Numbered from the stretch's first letter, positions 51,715 to 60,570 are shown. The stretch: 64,000 bases of DNA from Candidatus Latescibacterota bacterium (GCA_965237525.1 CBDEFO010000008.1:864001-928000), one strand, 5' to 3'. Notes: generated by a model not told the origin, from the letters alone. Made by a program: numbers and translations.

Positions 51715-52680
51715 CTACAGCCCAAACTCCCTAAGATCGTTGATACGATGCTCCCACACCCAGTCGATTCCTTCTGCGGCCTCATAACCGAGATAGCCGC
51801 TATCAAAATATCCGCACAGGAACAAGATGAAGCGCACGTTCTGACCATAGGTCCGCTGCAACTGGATCATCTTGGTAGCTTCTTCCTTGCGGCGCTTGTT
51901 GACGTTGGTGAAGTCGCCCGCTGACTTCGCTTCGATGAGCAACGGCGACTCACCAGCCCTCGCGGCCTTCGGCATTACTACGGCATCCACAGGGATATTG
52001 ATTGACTTGCCAGTGCTTTCCTGCTCGACCGGAACGTTCAGCCGAAACGAGAACGTCCCCGGTTGCATCTCGTCATATTTCGTGCCTGCCCCTGCTGGCA
52101 GATTATGATAACCCAGGGCTGTTAGCCACTCGCCGATCGCGGCAAGCTGACGCCTTTCCTGCGCATTGTGGATGATCGGGTTTGCGACCGCCCCACAGAG
52201 ACGGTCGGCCACGATCGTCGCAGCCCGGTACAGCTCCTGTTCGGACGGGCTGTCGCCGCGCTCTAACCAAACAAAGATATCCGGGTCCGCCATTTTCTCG
52301 ATGGTCTTCCCGATCTTCTCAAGGTCGCTGTCGAGGTCTCGCCGCTTCATCCGTAGCGGCAGTTTGCCTTTCTTCTCCATCACCTTGACAAGGTTCTTCG
52401 AAACGCCGGTAAACCCGATCAGCCTGTCTACGGCAAGCGGCGGGCAGGCTGACATCCGCAGCGTCGGCAGGACATCGGGGTTCGCCTTCAGCAGCTGCAC
52501 TCCTATATCCCTCAGGTTATTCGTCGCTTTCAGCGTCGCCTCGACATCCTTTGTCGTCTGCACCCGCGTCATCCGGTAAGCCTTCGGTGCAAACCGCATG
52601 AACCAGTCGTTGTACATGTCCACAGACTGGGCAATGTCTTCTTTCCAACGATCAGGTTTATTTCTGTTGACTGCCATCAT
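51715..52680 (-). CDS. XamI-family type II restriction endonuclease
   Basis: SVDMYNDWF, PPLAVDRL, IPVDAVV...LIEAKSAGDFTNVNKRRKEE, GIDWVWEHR. Confidence 0.85.
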   Translation of the reverse strand: MMAVNRNKPDRWKEDIAQSVDMYNDWFMRFAPKAYRMTRVQTTKDVEATLKATNNLRDIGVQLLKANPDVLPTLRMSACPPLAVDRLIGFTGVSKNLVKVMEKKGKLPLRMKRRDLDSDLEKIGKTIEKMADPDIFVWLERGDSPSEQELYRAATIVADRLCGAVANPIIHNAQERRQLAAIGEWLTALGYHNLPAGAGTKYDEMQPGTFSFRLNVPVEQESTGKSINIPVDAVVMPKAARAGESPLLIEAKSAGDFTNVNKRRKEEATKMIQLQRTYGQNVRFILFLCGYFDSGYLGYEAAEGIDWVWEHRINDLREFGL

Positions 52681-52775
52681 TCACTTTTTTTCCTATCCTC
52701 CCATGCCACCAAGACAACAACCCCACAAAAGCAGGCCCGACCACAAGGGGGGGCTAACGCCCTTGAGAAAAGGCC

Positions 52776-53873
52776 TTAGCGGCTGGGGCCAAAGTCTCGC
52801 TCCGGCCCACGCTGCCGTTCCCGCGCCTGCTGCTGTTTCTTCCAGATCGCGTTCAAACCCCGCGCAATACTTCGGCGATCTCCTTGTAGTTCGCTGCCAA
52901 GATCTCGACTTGCTGCTTCAAATCCTTGGCCGACGCTTCGGTCCGCCCGAGCTGCGGCTTCAAGTCCTTGACCGATTCTTCGAGCCGCTGCACCTGCTCC
53001 TGCAATTCGCCGACCCACTCGGCCTGCTGCTCCATCTCCGCTTCGTACTGCTTCGACAGCGCGGTTAAGGCGTTCGTCAACTGCTGTTCTAACTCGGTCA
53101 TAAAGCTCCTTCACTCGCTCGATATCCTGACGGTAGGCCGTCCGTCCATGGTCAAGAGCGGATTTTCTGGGGTGCTCTCCGGCAGGATCGCGTAGCGCCG
53201 CCCGTTGACCTCGACGAGTTTCACGCCCCACGTGTCTTGCTCGATCCGCTCGATGGTCTGGCGCGTCTCTTGGATCTCGAACTCGAGCGCCGCCCGCGCC
53301 TCGATGAGGCTCTGGATTTGGTTGGCATACCACCGTGTCAGGCCCCAACTCCCGGCCAAGATGCCGAGAAAGAGACACACCCCGACCGCCACGCTCCGCA
53401 GCCACGGTCGCCACAGCGCCGCGTTCATCCACCGGGTGTGATCCTTGATATCTCGCACGATGATATACATCTCGTCGTTCACGCTCTGCCTCAAGTTTTT
53501 TGCGAGCTTCTTCAGCTCGCTCTGAGTCAGTGCTTCGATTTCTTGCCGGTCCCGCTCGGCCCTCTTCTGGAGCCGCGCTTGTAAGCCGCTCCCGCTGGAA
53601 GTCCCGTTCATAGATCGCTCCTTTCAACCGCCACTTGCCGCCGCCCTCGGGGTCCGCCGCCGTGAGGTAGTGCTCCCCCTGGCGCGGCACCTCCAGGCCC
53701 GCCCGCTGCAAGGCGGAAACCATCGTGGCGCGATCCGAGACGGCCCCCGTTTCGATGCCTTGGCTCAAATAGTCGGTAATCAGCCTCCGGGGATCTTTCT
53801 CCGCCTCCAACCCCGCCCGAAGCTGGGCGGCCTCGATGTACGCCCGATGGCCGGGTTGCACGTCCCGCACCCG
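52776..53873 (-). CDS. mobA: Relaxase C-terminal half, fused in frame behind the scaffold signal peptide and repeats (chimeric ORF 54530-52776)
   Basis: DPRRLITDYL..IETGAV.DR..LQRAGLEVPRQGEHYLT...RLKGAIYE, terminal RERQRGPERDFGPSR. Confidence 0.85.
   Translation of the reverse strand, partial: RVRDVQPGHRAYIEAAQLRAGLEAEKDPRRLITDYLSQGIETGAVSDRATMVSALQRAGLEVPRQGEHYLTAADPEGGGKWRLKGAIYERDFQRERLTSAAPEEGRAGPARNRSTDSERAEEARKKLEAERERRDVYHRARYQGSHPVDERGAVATVAAERGGRGVSLSRHLGRELGPDTVVCQPNPEPHRGAGGARVRDPRDAPDHRADRARHVGRETRRGQRAALRDPAGEHPRKSALDHGRTAYRQDIERVKELYDRVRTAVDERLNRAVEAVRSGDGAAGRVGRRIAGAGAAARRIGQGLEAAARADRSVGQGFEAASRDLGSELQGDRRSIARGLNAIWKKQQQARERQRGPERDFGPSR
52853..53101 (-). CDS. MbeD/MobD-like protein (nested in relaxase)
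   Basis: MTELEQQLTNALTALSKQY coiled coil; same nested position as ColE1 mbeD. Confidence 0.75.
   Translation of the reverse strand: MTELEQQLTNALTALSKQYEAEMEQQAEWVGELQEQVQRLEESVKDLKPQLGRTEASAKDLKQQVEILAANYKEIAEVLRGV
53111..53611 (-). CDS. MbeB/MobB-like protein (nested in relaxase)
   Basis: Coiled N-terminus, single TM, TWGVKLVEVNGRRYAILP; nested as in ColE1. Confidence 0.72.
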   Translation of the reverse strand: MNGTSSGSGLQARLQKRAERDRQEIEALTQSELKKLAKNLRQSVNDEMYIIVRDIKDHTRWMNAALWRPWLRSVAVGVCLFLGILAGSWGLTRWYANQIQSLIEARAALEFEIQETRQTIERIEQDTWGVKLVEVNGRRYAILPESTPENPLLTMDGRPTVRISSE

Positions 53874-54601
53874 AACAAAAAGTACGTGAAGTCCATCACT
53901 TACGCCCGAAAGATTTACTACAAAATCCTTCGTGATGTCAACTCCCGCTGCAATAGAGATATCCACGCCATTTCCGAATCCAGGATCATTGTCTATGTAA
54001 TACTCTACTTTTGTGACGTTTGGAGCAATATCGAGCCTCTTCTTCAAAAATGGACTGGTATAGGATAAGCTCCATCTGCTACTGTCGTCTCTCGCCCGAA
54101 CAAAAAGTACGTGAAGCCCATCTCCTGTGCCTGAAAGATCCACCACAAAATCCTTTGTAATGTCAATTCCTGCTGTAATAGGAATATCCACTCCCGCTCC
54201 AAACCCTGGATCTGTGTCTATGTAATACTCCGCCTTTGTGACGTTCGGAGCAACATCGAGCCTCTTCTTCAAAAATGGACTGGTATAAGTTAAGCTCCAT
54301 TTGCTGCTGTCGTCCCGCGCCCGAACAAAAAGAACGTGAAGACCGCTACTTACGTCTGAAAGACCCACATTGAAGTTCAGATCCAGATCGGGGGCTGGCG
54401 TCGCAATGCTGACTTGCGTTCCGTTTCCAAATCCGGGGTCCGTGTCTATGTAATATTCCACCTGCACAATGTTTTGTGCATAAAGGGCCTGTGAACAGAG
54501 TAAAATGGCGAAAATTACTGCCGTTTTCATGCTACGCTCCTGTTATGGGGAAAGTCAGCAGACAGGGGGTGGTGGCGGTACCCCCCTGTCTATTGTCACT
54601 A

Positions 54602-55627
54602 TTATTTATGCGATTTGACCTTCATTTGAACCGGAATGCCGACAGTGTTTGAGCCTCATGCTGGGGCGATGAAAAAGTAAATCGAAGGAATGACAGGAAT
54701 CCCTGAAAGGACATAAGGATCGAGTCCACCAAACATTCCGATATCAACACCACCTAATCCGGCACCGATCGCGGGTGAGCCTGGTGCCAATTGCCATCGG
54801 CTGTCGGTGCTGCCAGTGCCCAGAAAAAAGGTAGTCATATCTACGTCATTTTGATTTCCTTTGGTTGAATCAAAGGATGTAAACTGTGTACTATTCCCGA
54901 TGTTATAAGATGCATTAATATTCGAACCGCTAAAGGCGCCTTCTCTCAATATGTTATTGTTAAAAGTCGTATTATATACTATCACGTCTCCCCGGATAAC
55001 ATTGTGCTCGACTATAAGAAATGAGCTGCTGCTTGCATTTATTGCGTCGGCGCCGATGTCTGCACTGGAGGCTTCTATGTAATTATTATTGATGAAAGCA
55101 GAGGTCACATTAGGATCTATACGGATTGCGATGGCAATACTACCATTAGCAGTAGTTCGTATATAATTCTGTAAAATTAGTATATTGCTAGCGTTGTCGT
55201 CAATAAAGATAGTCGGATAATTGCTCCAGTTTAGATAATTTCTCTCGATAGTAATATTACTTACGCCAATTTCAACTGCTACGTTATCTACATCTAAACC
55301 AGTGATGAGTGAACTATCCGAACCTGCTCGGAATTCAATAGTGCCAGCTATGGCATTACCTAGATTTGCCTGTGTTTCCGGATTGGAGCTCAGCAAGTAA
55401 CCCGGTCCAAAGATGAATAGCGACTTTGTAGCCGCTAAATTACCATAGCTATTTGGCGCTCCCGCAACATAGAGCGTATCACCGGCTGCCGCTCCGGTGT
55501 GCGCTGCTGATAAAGTTGTAAAATCTGCCTCATTAGCAGGATTGTTATCGATCCTCCAAATTTTTGCGGTGGCGGACGTTGCAAGCATAAAGATCGCGAT
55601 GATCGTGCAGAGAAACTTGGAAACCAT
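54602..55627 (-). pseudogene. Secreted parallel beta-helix protein B' with premature TGA (54656-54658) 18 codons before the natural end
   Basis: Paralog of 57044-58075; APA-TGA-GSNTVGIPVQMKVKSHK* where the paralog has APASGSNT. Confidence 0.8.
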
Positions 55628-55709
55628 TGTGGAACCTCCTTGTGGAACCTCCTATAGTAGGGTCTATTCCCCTCAGCAGAGAGAGGCAGGAGTTGATGCT
55701 ACTGTCTAC

Positions 55710-55863
55710 GAGATTGCTTCCCCTCGACCCCCGATAGAGTCAATTGGGGGAGCTCGCAATGACAGTTTACGGGACTGGCAATGACGTTTCTTAACTTTGT
55801 CTTGGTCATTGCCAGGGGTGAAACCCCGACCCCGTCAGGAGTTGCGAAGCAGAACCAATCTCG
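55710..55863. repeat. CGTC-type REP-like palindrome pair between beta-helix genes; further pairs at 56953-57035 and 58145-58246; related pieces at 768-792 and 18386-18419
   Basis: GAGATTGCTTC...CTCGCAATGAC and GTCATTGC..GGGGTGAAACCCCGA...GAAGC..AATC. Confidence 0.72.
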
Positions 55864-55872
55864 CCTCTTTAC

Positions 55873-56883
55873 TTATCTGTTATGCGCTTTGATTTTCATT
55901 TGAACCGGAATGCCGACAGTGTTTGAGCCTGATCCAGGGGCTTGGAAAAAGTAAATGGCAGGAATGGCAGGTATCCCGGAAAGGACATAAGGATCGAGTC
56001 CGCCGAACATGCCAATATCGACACCGTTTGAGCCTGTGCCGATTGCCGGAGAACCTGTCTCCAACTGCCACCTGCCGTCGGTGCTCGTTGTGTCTATAAA
56101 GACGGTCGCCATATCTACGTTGGATTGATTGGTCGCATCAAACGCTGCAAACTGTGTACCATTTCCCATGTTATTAAGCACAGTGTTGGCCGAACCGGAA
56201 AAGGTGCCCTCTCTCAATATGTTGTTGTCAAAGATTGCATTGCTTACTTTCACATTTCCGCGGATGACATTGTTCTCGATGATAAGACCCATCGAGGTGC
56301 TGCTTGCTTCGATTGCGTCGGTGCCATCTATGAAGTTGTTGGAGATAACAACGGTCAGGACAGAAGGATCTATGTCGATTGCGTCTGCATTAGAACCGGT
56401 GTTGGGATTCTGTATATAGTTCTCTATTATGAATAAACTCGAGGCTCTGTCGTCTATAAAGATGAGATTAGCAGAAGTATTACCAACTATTCTGTTTCTC
56501 TTGATAACAATGTCACTTGCGTCTGAATTAACATTTAGAAAATCTATATCGAGGCCCGTAAGGAGCGACCCGCTCGCACTCGAGCTTAACGAAATAGTAT
56601 TAGTTGAGGCGGCGAAAGGCTTCGCCTGCGTATTTGGGTTCTGATCCAGAAAATATCCGGGGCCGATGATAAAGAGCTTCCTGTTAACCGTTACACTTCC
56701 ATAGTTAAACCTGGAACCCACAACATAGAGCGTATCGCCGCTTGTGGCGCCGTTGTTGGCAGCTTGCAGGGTCCTGAAATCCGCCTCGTTACTCGGATTG
56801 CTATCGACCCGCCAAACCTTTGCAGTGGCGGACGTTGCAAGTATAAAGATCGGAATGATCGTGCAGAGAAACTTGGAAACCAT
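55873..56883 (-). CDS. Secreted parallel beta-helix protein A'
   Basis: Signal peptide, ADFRTLQAA..GDTLYV..GPGYFL, Asn-ladder repeats, WQLETGSPAIG, GMFGG..PYVLSGIP. Confidence 0.8.
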   Translation of the reverse strand: MVSKFLCTIIPIFILATSATAKVWRVDSNPSNEADFRTLQAANNGATSGDTLYVVGSRFNYGSVTVNRKLFIIGPGYFLDQNPNTQAKPFAASTNTISLSSSASGSLLTGLDIDFLNVNSDASDIVIKRNRIVGNTSANLIFIDDRASSLFIIENYIQNPNTGSNADAIDIDPSVLTVVISNNFIDGTDAIEASSTSMGLIIENNVIRGNVKVSNAIFDNNILREGTFSGSANTVLNNMGNGTQFAAFDATNQSNVDMATVFIDTTSTDGRWQLETGSPAIGTGSNGVDIGMFGGLDPYVLSGIPAIPAIYFFQAPGSGSNTVGIPVQMKIKAHNR

Positions 56884-57043
56884 GGTAGAAGCTCCTTGAG
56901 TAGAGTCTGTTTCCTCAGCAGACTGAGGCAGGAAGTGGTGCCCCTGTACTACGAGATTGCTTCGCTGTGCTCGCAATGACGATTCTAGCTCGGGCATGCA
57001 GTAATTGCCAGGGGCAACACCCCGAAGCAAGCTCGACTGTCTA

Positions 57044-58075
57044 CTAATCTAATTCATGCGCTTTGACTTTCAATCGAACCGGAATGCCGACAGTGTTTGA
57101 GCCTGATGCCGGGGCGCTGAAGAAGTAAATCGAAGGAATGACAGGAATCCCTGAAAGGACATAAGGATCGAGTCCATCAAACATTCCGATATCAACATTA
57201 CCTAAGCCTGTACCGATCGCGGGCGACCCTGGTGCCAATTGCCATCGGCCGTCAGTGCTGCCAGTGCCCAGAAAAACGGTCCCCATATCTACGTCATTTT
57301 GATTTCCTTTGGTCGAATCAAAGGAGCCAAACTGTGTACTATTTCCGATGTTATTAGATGCATTAATGTTTGAACCGCCAAGACCGCTTTCTCTCAATAT
57401 GTTATTGTTAAAAGTCGTGTCATATACTATAACGTCTCCCCGGACAACATTGTGTTCGACTACAAGAAATGAGGTGTTACTTGCCTGTATTGCGTTGGCG
57501 CCGCTAACTACACCGGTAGCTTCTATGTAATTATTATTGATGAAAGAAGAGGTGACATTAGGATCTATGCGGATTGCGATGGCATCACCAAAATTATAAG
57601 TAGTTCGTATATAATTCTGTAAAATGAGTATATTGGAGGCGTTGTCGTGGATAGAGATAACTGGATAACTGCTGTAGTTTAAATAATTTCTCTTGATAGT
57701 AACATTACTTACGCCAAGTTCAACTTCTACATTATCTATATCCATACCTGTGATGAGTGACCCATTCGAACCCAATCGAAATTCAATAAAGGCAGCTATG
57801 GCAGTACGTGTATTTGCCTGTGTTTCCGGATTCGAGCTCAGAAAGTAACCCGGTCCAAAGATGAATAGCGTCTTTGTAGCCGCTAAACTACCATAGCTAC
57901 TTGGAGAACCCGCAACATAGAGCGTGTCACCGGCTGCCGCTCCGGTGTGAGCTGCTGATAAAGTTGTAAAATCCGCCTCATTACCAGCATTGTTATCGAT
58001 CCTCCAAATCTTTGCGGTGGCCGACGTTGCTAATATAAAGATCGTTACGATCGTGCAGAGAAACCTGGAAACCAT
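57044..58075 (-). CDS. Secreted parallel beta-helix protein B
   Basis: Same family motifs as neighbours. Confidence 0.8.
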   Translation of the reverse strand: MVSRFLCTIVTIFILATSATAKIWRIDNNAGNEADFTTLSAAHTGAAAGDTLYVAGSPSSYGSLAATKTLFIFGPGYFLSSNPETQANTRTAIAAFIEFRLGSNGSLITGMDIDNVEVELGVSNVTIKRNYLNYSSYPVISIHDNASNILILQNYIRTTYNFGDAIAIRIDPNVTSSFINNNYIEATGVVSGANAIQASNTSFLVVEHNVVRGDVIVYDTTFNNNILRESGLGGSNINASNNIGNSTQFGSFDSTKGNQNDVDMGTVFLGTGSTDGRWQLAPGSPAIGTGLGNVDIGMFDGLDPYVLSGIPVIPSIYFFSAPASGSNTVGIPVRLKVKAHELD

Positions 58076-58261
58076 GGTAGAGCCTCCTTTTGTAGGGTTT
58101 GTCCCCCTCAGCAAAAGAGGAAGATAGCAGTGCGTGTGTCTACAAGATTGCTTCGCTTCGCTCGCAATGACGTTGCTAGTTCCGCATTCAGTTATTCTGA
58201 GGGTGAAACCCCGACCCCGTCAGGAGTTGCGAAGCAGAACCAATCTGGCCTGTCTATTTAT

Positions 58262-59281
58262 CTAATCTTGTGATTTGACCTTCAATTGAATCGAAAGACC
58301 ACTGGTGTTCGATCCCGCTGGGGGAGCTGCGAAAAAGTAAACGGTAGGAATAGTGGGGATACCGGAAAGGACATAAGTGCCTTCCCCGCCGAACATTCCA
58401 ACATCCACACCTTGTGTGCCGGCGCCGATCGCGGGAGAACCTGTTTCCAACTGCCATCGGCCGTCGCTGCTCGTCGTGTCCACAAAGACGGTCGCCATAT
58501 CCACGGTGGATTGATTGCCGTTGGCTGTTCCAAACTGTGTACTATTTCCAATATTATTGAATACAGAGTTACCAGAACCAGAGAAAGAACCATCTCTCAA
58601 TATGTTATTGTGAAAGATCGTATTACTTACTTTCACTTTTCCACGCAATACATTGTTCTTGACGTCAAGCAGTGCACTGCTATGGGCTTCGATTGCATCG
58701 CCGGTAGTAGGAATATCTATAAAATTATTAGCAATCATAACACCCTGCACAGAAGAATCCACGTCGATTGCGTCGGCGCCGGAATTTGTGTTAGTGTTCT
58801 GTATATAATTCTGCACAATGAATGAATTCGAAGCACTGCTGTTTATGATGAAGAGATCTCCGGAAGTACTGGCAACTATTCTATTTCTCTTGATAGTAAT
58901 ACTCTTCACAGACCCACCAATATTTACATGTGTCACATCGAGACCTGTAAGGAGCGACCCGTTCGAACCCGTAGAGAAAATAATATTGTCACCTTTGGCA
59001 GAGACAGGTCTTGCCTGGGTATTCGGGTTTTGATCCAGAAAATATCCCGGTCCGAAGATAAAGAGCTTCTTGGTAAGCGTTACACCACCGTACCTGACTC
59101 CAGAACCCATGACATAGAGCGTATCACCGCTCTGTGCTCCGCTGTGCGCCGCTGATAAGGTTCTAAAATCTGCCTCGTTACTGGTATTTCTATCTACCCG
59201 CCAAATTGTGGCAGTGGCGGACGTTGTAAACGCGCAGATCGCTATGACCAAGATTATCATAAAGAATTTCCTGTCAGCCAT
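58262..59281 (-). CDS. Secreted parallel beta-helix protein A
   Basis: Same family motifs; GGAGG RBS. Confidence 0.8.
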   Translation of the reverse strand: MADRKFFMIILVIAICAFTTSATATIWRVDRNTSNEADFRTLSAAHSGAQSGDTLYVMGSGVRYGGVTLTKKLFIFGPGYFLDQNPNTQARPVSAKGDNIIFSTGSNGSLLTGLDVTHVNIGGSVKSITIKRNRIVASTSGDLFIINSSASNSFIVQNYIQNTNTNSGADAIDVDSSVQGVMIANNFIDIPTTGDAIEAHSSALLDVKNNVLRGKVKVSNTIFHNNILRDGSFSGSGNSVFNNIGNSTQFGTANGNQSTVDMATVFVDTTSSDGRWQLETGSPAIGAGTQGVDVGMFGGEGTYVLSGIPTIPTVYFFAAPPAGSNTSGLSIQLKVKSQD

Positions 59282-59475
59282 TGTAAGACCTCCTCAGAGT
59301 TTAAGATTACACCTTGCACGTTAGATTCGGATGAATACACGTCAGAATAAATTGTATAGAACTGCTTCAGTGAAGATAAACAAATATTAGCGCTCATCCT
59401 GTGATGCGGATCACAAGATAAGGAAAAACAAAACAGATGTCAACAAAAACTTAATCGGTCAGATTCATTCAGACA

Positions 59476-59512
59476 AAGAGCCGAAGCCCCTGTAAACTGA
59501 GCTCCGGCTCTT
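59476..59512. terminator. Probable terminator hairpin
   Basis: AAGAGCCG...CGGCTCTT stem just downstream of the 59541 gene. Confidence 0.5.
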
Positions 59513-59540
59513 CTGCACTGAGGTGGGGAAGTCTATTTCA

Positions 59541-60443
59541 TCATTCAGAGAAGGTTGACTTGATGCGTCCCCAGCTGTCATTACTAATTACTGGAATTGG
59601 AACCCAGATACTCCTATCAAAACGAGCCAACAAATAGTCAACCATTGCGTCTTCCCTGAAGTAGAACTCTGTGACGCCGCTGTTCGTCCAATAGCCGTCG
59701 TAGCCCGTGGTCCGCGAATCGTCATCGTCTCGAACGGCAAAACCTACGCCGATGACAGCTCCCTCTTTCAGCGTGTGGATTGCGCTAAAATCGACACCTT
59801 CAAAATTCAGGTCGTCGAAAGGCGTAAAGACTTCCTCTACCGCCAGTTCTCCCGGTCCATGTTCCTCGCCGTAAAAGCTCCATCCAATGTCAGAATAAGG
59901 AGGCAAACCTGCCCAGGAGGCCGCTGACCAAAGGAACATCGAATCGTCCCTATGTAGCCTGTAGTGATAATACTGAGAACTAGCTCCGTTAAACCTATTG
60001 GTCCTCTCCGAATCAAAGAGAGATGTATTCACGTCGTAGAACTGTTGGTTTCCGCTGTGGTCAGCATCTATGCTAATCTCAAGTGTCTCATCAGCACCAC
60101 CAATCTGAGCGAGAGAGACATCGTCGTACTTATCCTCAATAAGGTATATCTTGTTGGTCACCGGGCTCCAGCCTATGATTATCCTCACGGCAAGATCGGA
60201 TGCATCCGGATTGTTGAAACCTCTTACGGTTTCTATCAGATCATCCTGTGTCACCCAGTACACGGGAGGAACGTTATCCCACTCGCTAAGATCACCGTCT
60301 ATGACCACATTACGGTACTTAGTGCTATTGACGGGAACTTGCGCAGCAACGAAGAGCTTGTGCAGCCGCCGATGTGCCGAACCCGCAGCGGTGGTAGAGA
60401 GTACAAATGCCAGTGTCATAACTATCGCAAATACTGTCTTCAT
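59541..60443 (-). CDS. Secreted CBM9/DOMON-like sugar-binding-domain protein with C-terminal WGRIK motif
   Basis: Signal peptide, IDGDLSEW, EISIDADHSG, IGVGFAVRDDD, SWGRIKSTF. Confidence 0.65.
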   Translation of the reverse strand: MKTVFAIVMTLAFVLSTTAAGSAHRRLHKLFVAAQVPVNSTKYRNVVIDGDLSEWDNVPPVYWVTQDDLIETVRGFNNPDASDLAVRIIIGWSPVTNKIYLIEDKYDDVSLAQIGGADETLEISIDADHSGNQQFYDVNTSLFDSERTNRFNGASSQYYHYRLHRDDSMFLWSAASWAGLPPYSDIGWSFYGEEHGPGELAVEEVFTPFDDLNFEGVDFSAIHTLKEGAVIGVGFAVRDDDDSRTTGYDGYWTNSGVTEFYFREDAMVDYLLARFDRSIWVPIPVISNDSWGRIKSTFSE

Positions 60444-60570
60444 CACGATATGCTTTTGTTCAGGATGACTAATTGCAGAGAGTTTACAATCCATACATTA
60501 GTTGAGTTGTGCCATTAGAATTCCAGAGAAAGTCTGCTTTACTTCCTTACCTGTGGCTGTCAGGGAAAGA

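Larger units (their letters stand above)
45314..53873 (-). mobile_element. Integrated ~8.5-kb ColE1-like mobilisable plasmid (mob, oriT, rep, R-M, OLD nuclease)
   Basis: Bounded by direct repeats CGTCCCGCGCCCG (45314-45326) / CGTCCCGCACCCG (53861-53873); circularising rejoins the relaxase; visibly more GC-rich than flanks. Confidence 0.88.
43217..54530 (-). pseudogene. Large secreted scaffold gene (signal peptide, six 75-aa EYYIDxDPG repeats + 1 degenerate, Big-9-like, Ig, dockerin, partial cohesin-like, FlgD/T9SS-like CTD), split by an integrated plasmid and further frameshifted
   Basis: 5' part 54530-53874, continuation 45326-44124, frameshifts near 44170 and 43790, junction near 43420, CTD ...WDGKDDS..SGVYLYRL..TRKLILMR* ending 43217. 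Confidence 0.85.

Noticed and set aside
44570..54470. CRISPR array or DGR template/variable repeats
   Set aside because: Repeats are 225-bp coding units without spacers; differences are not adenine-specific; no cas or reverse transcriptase gene in the window
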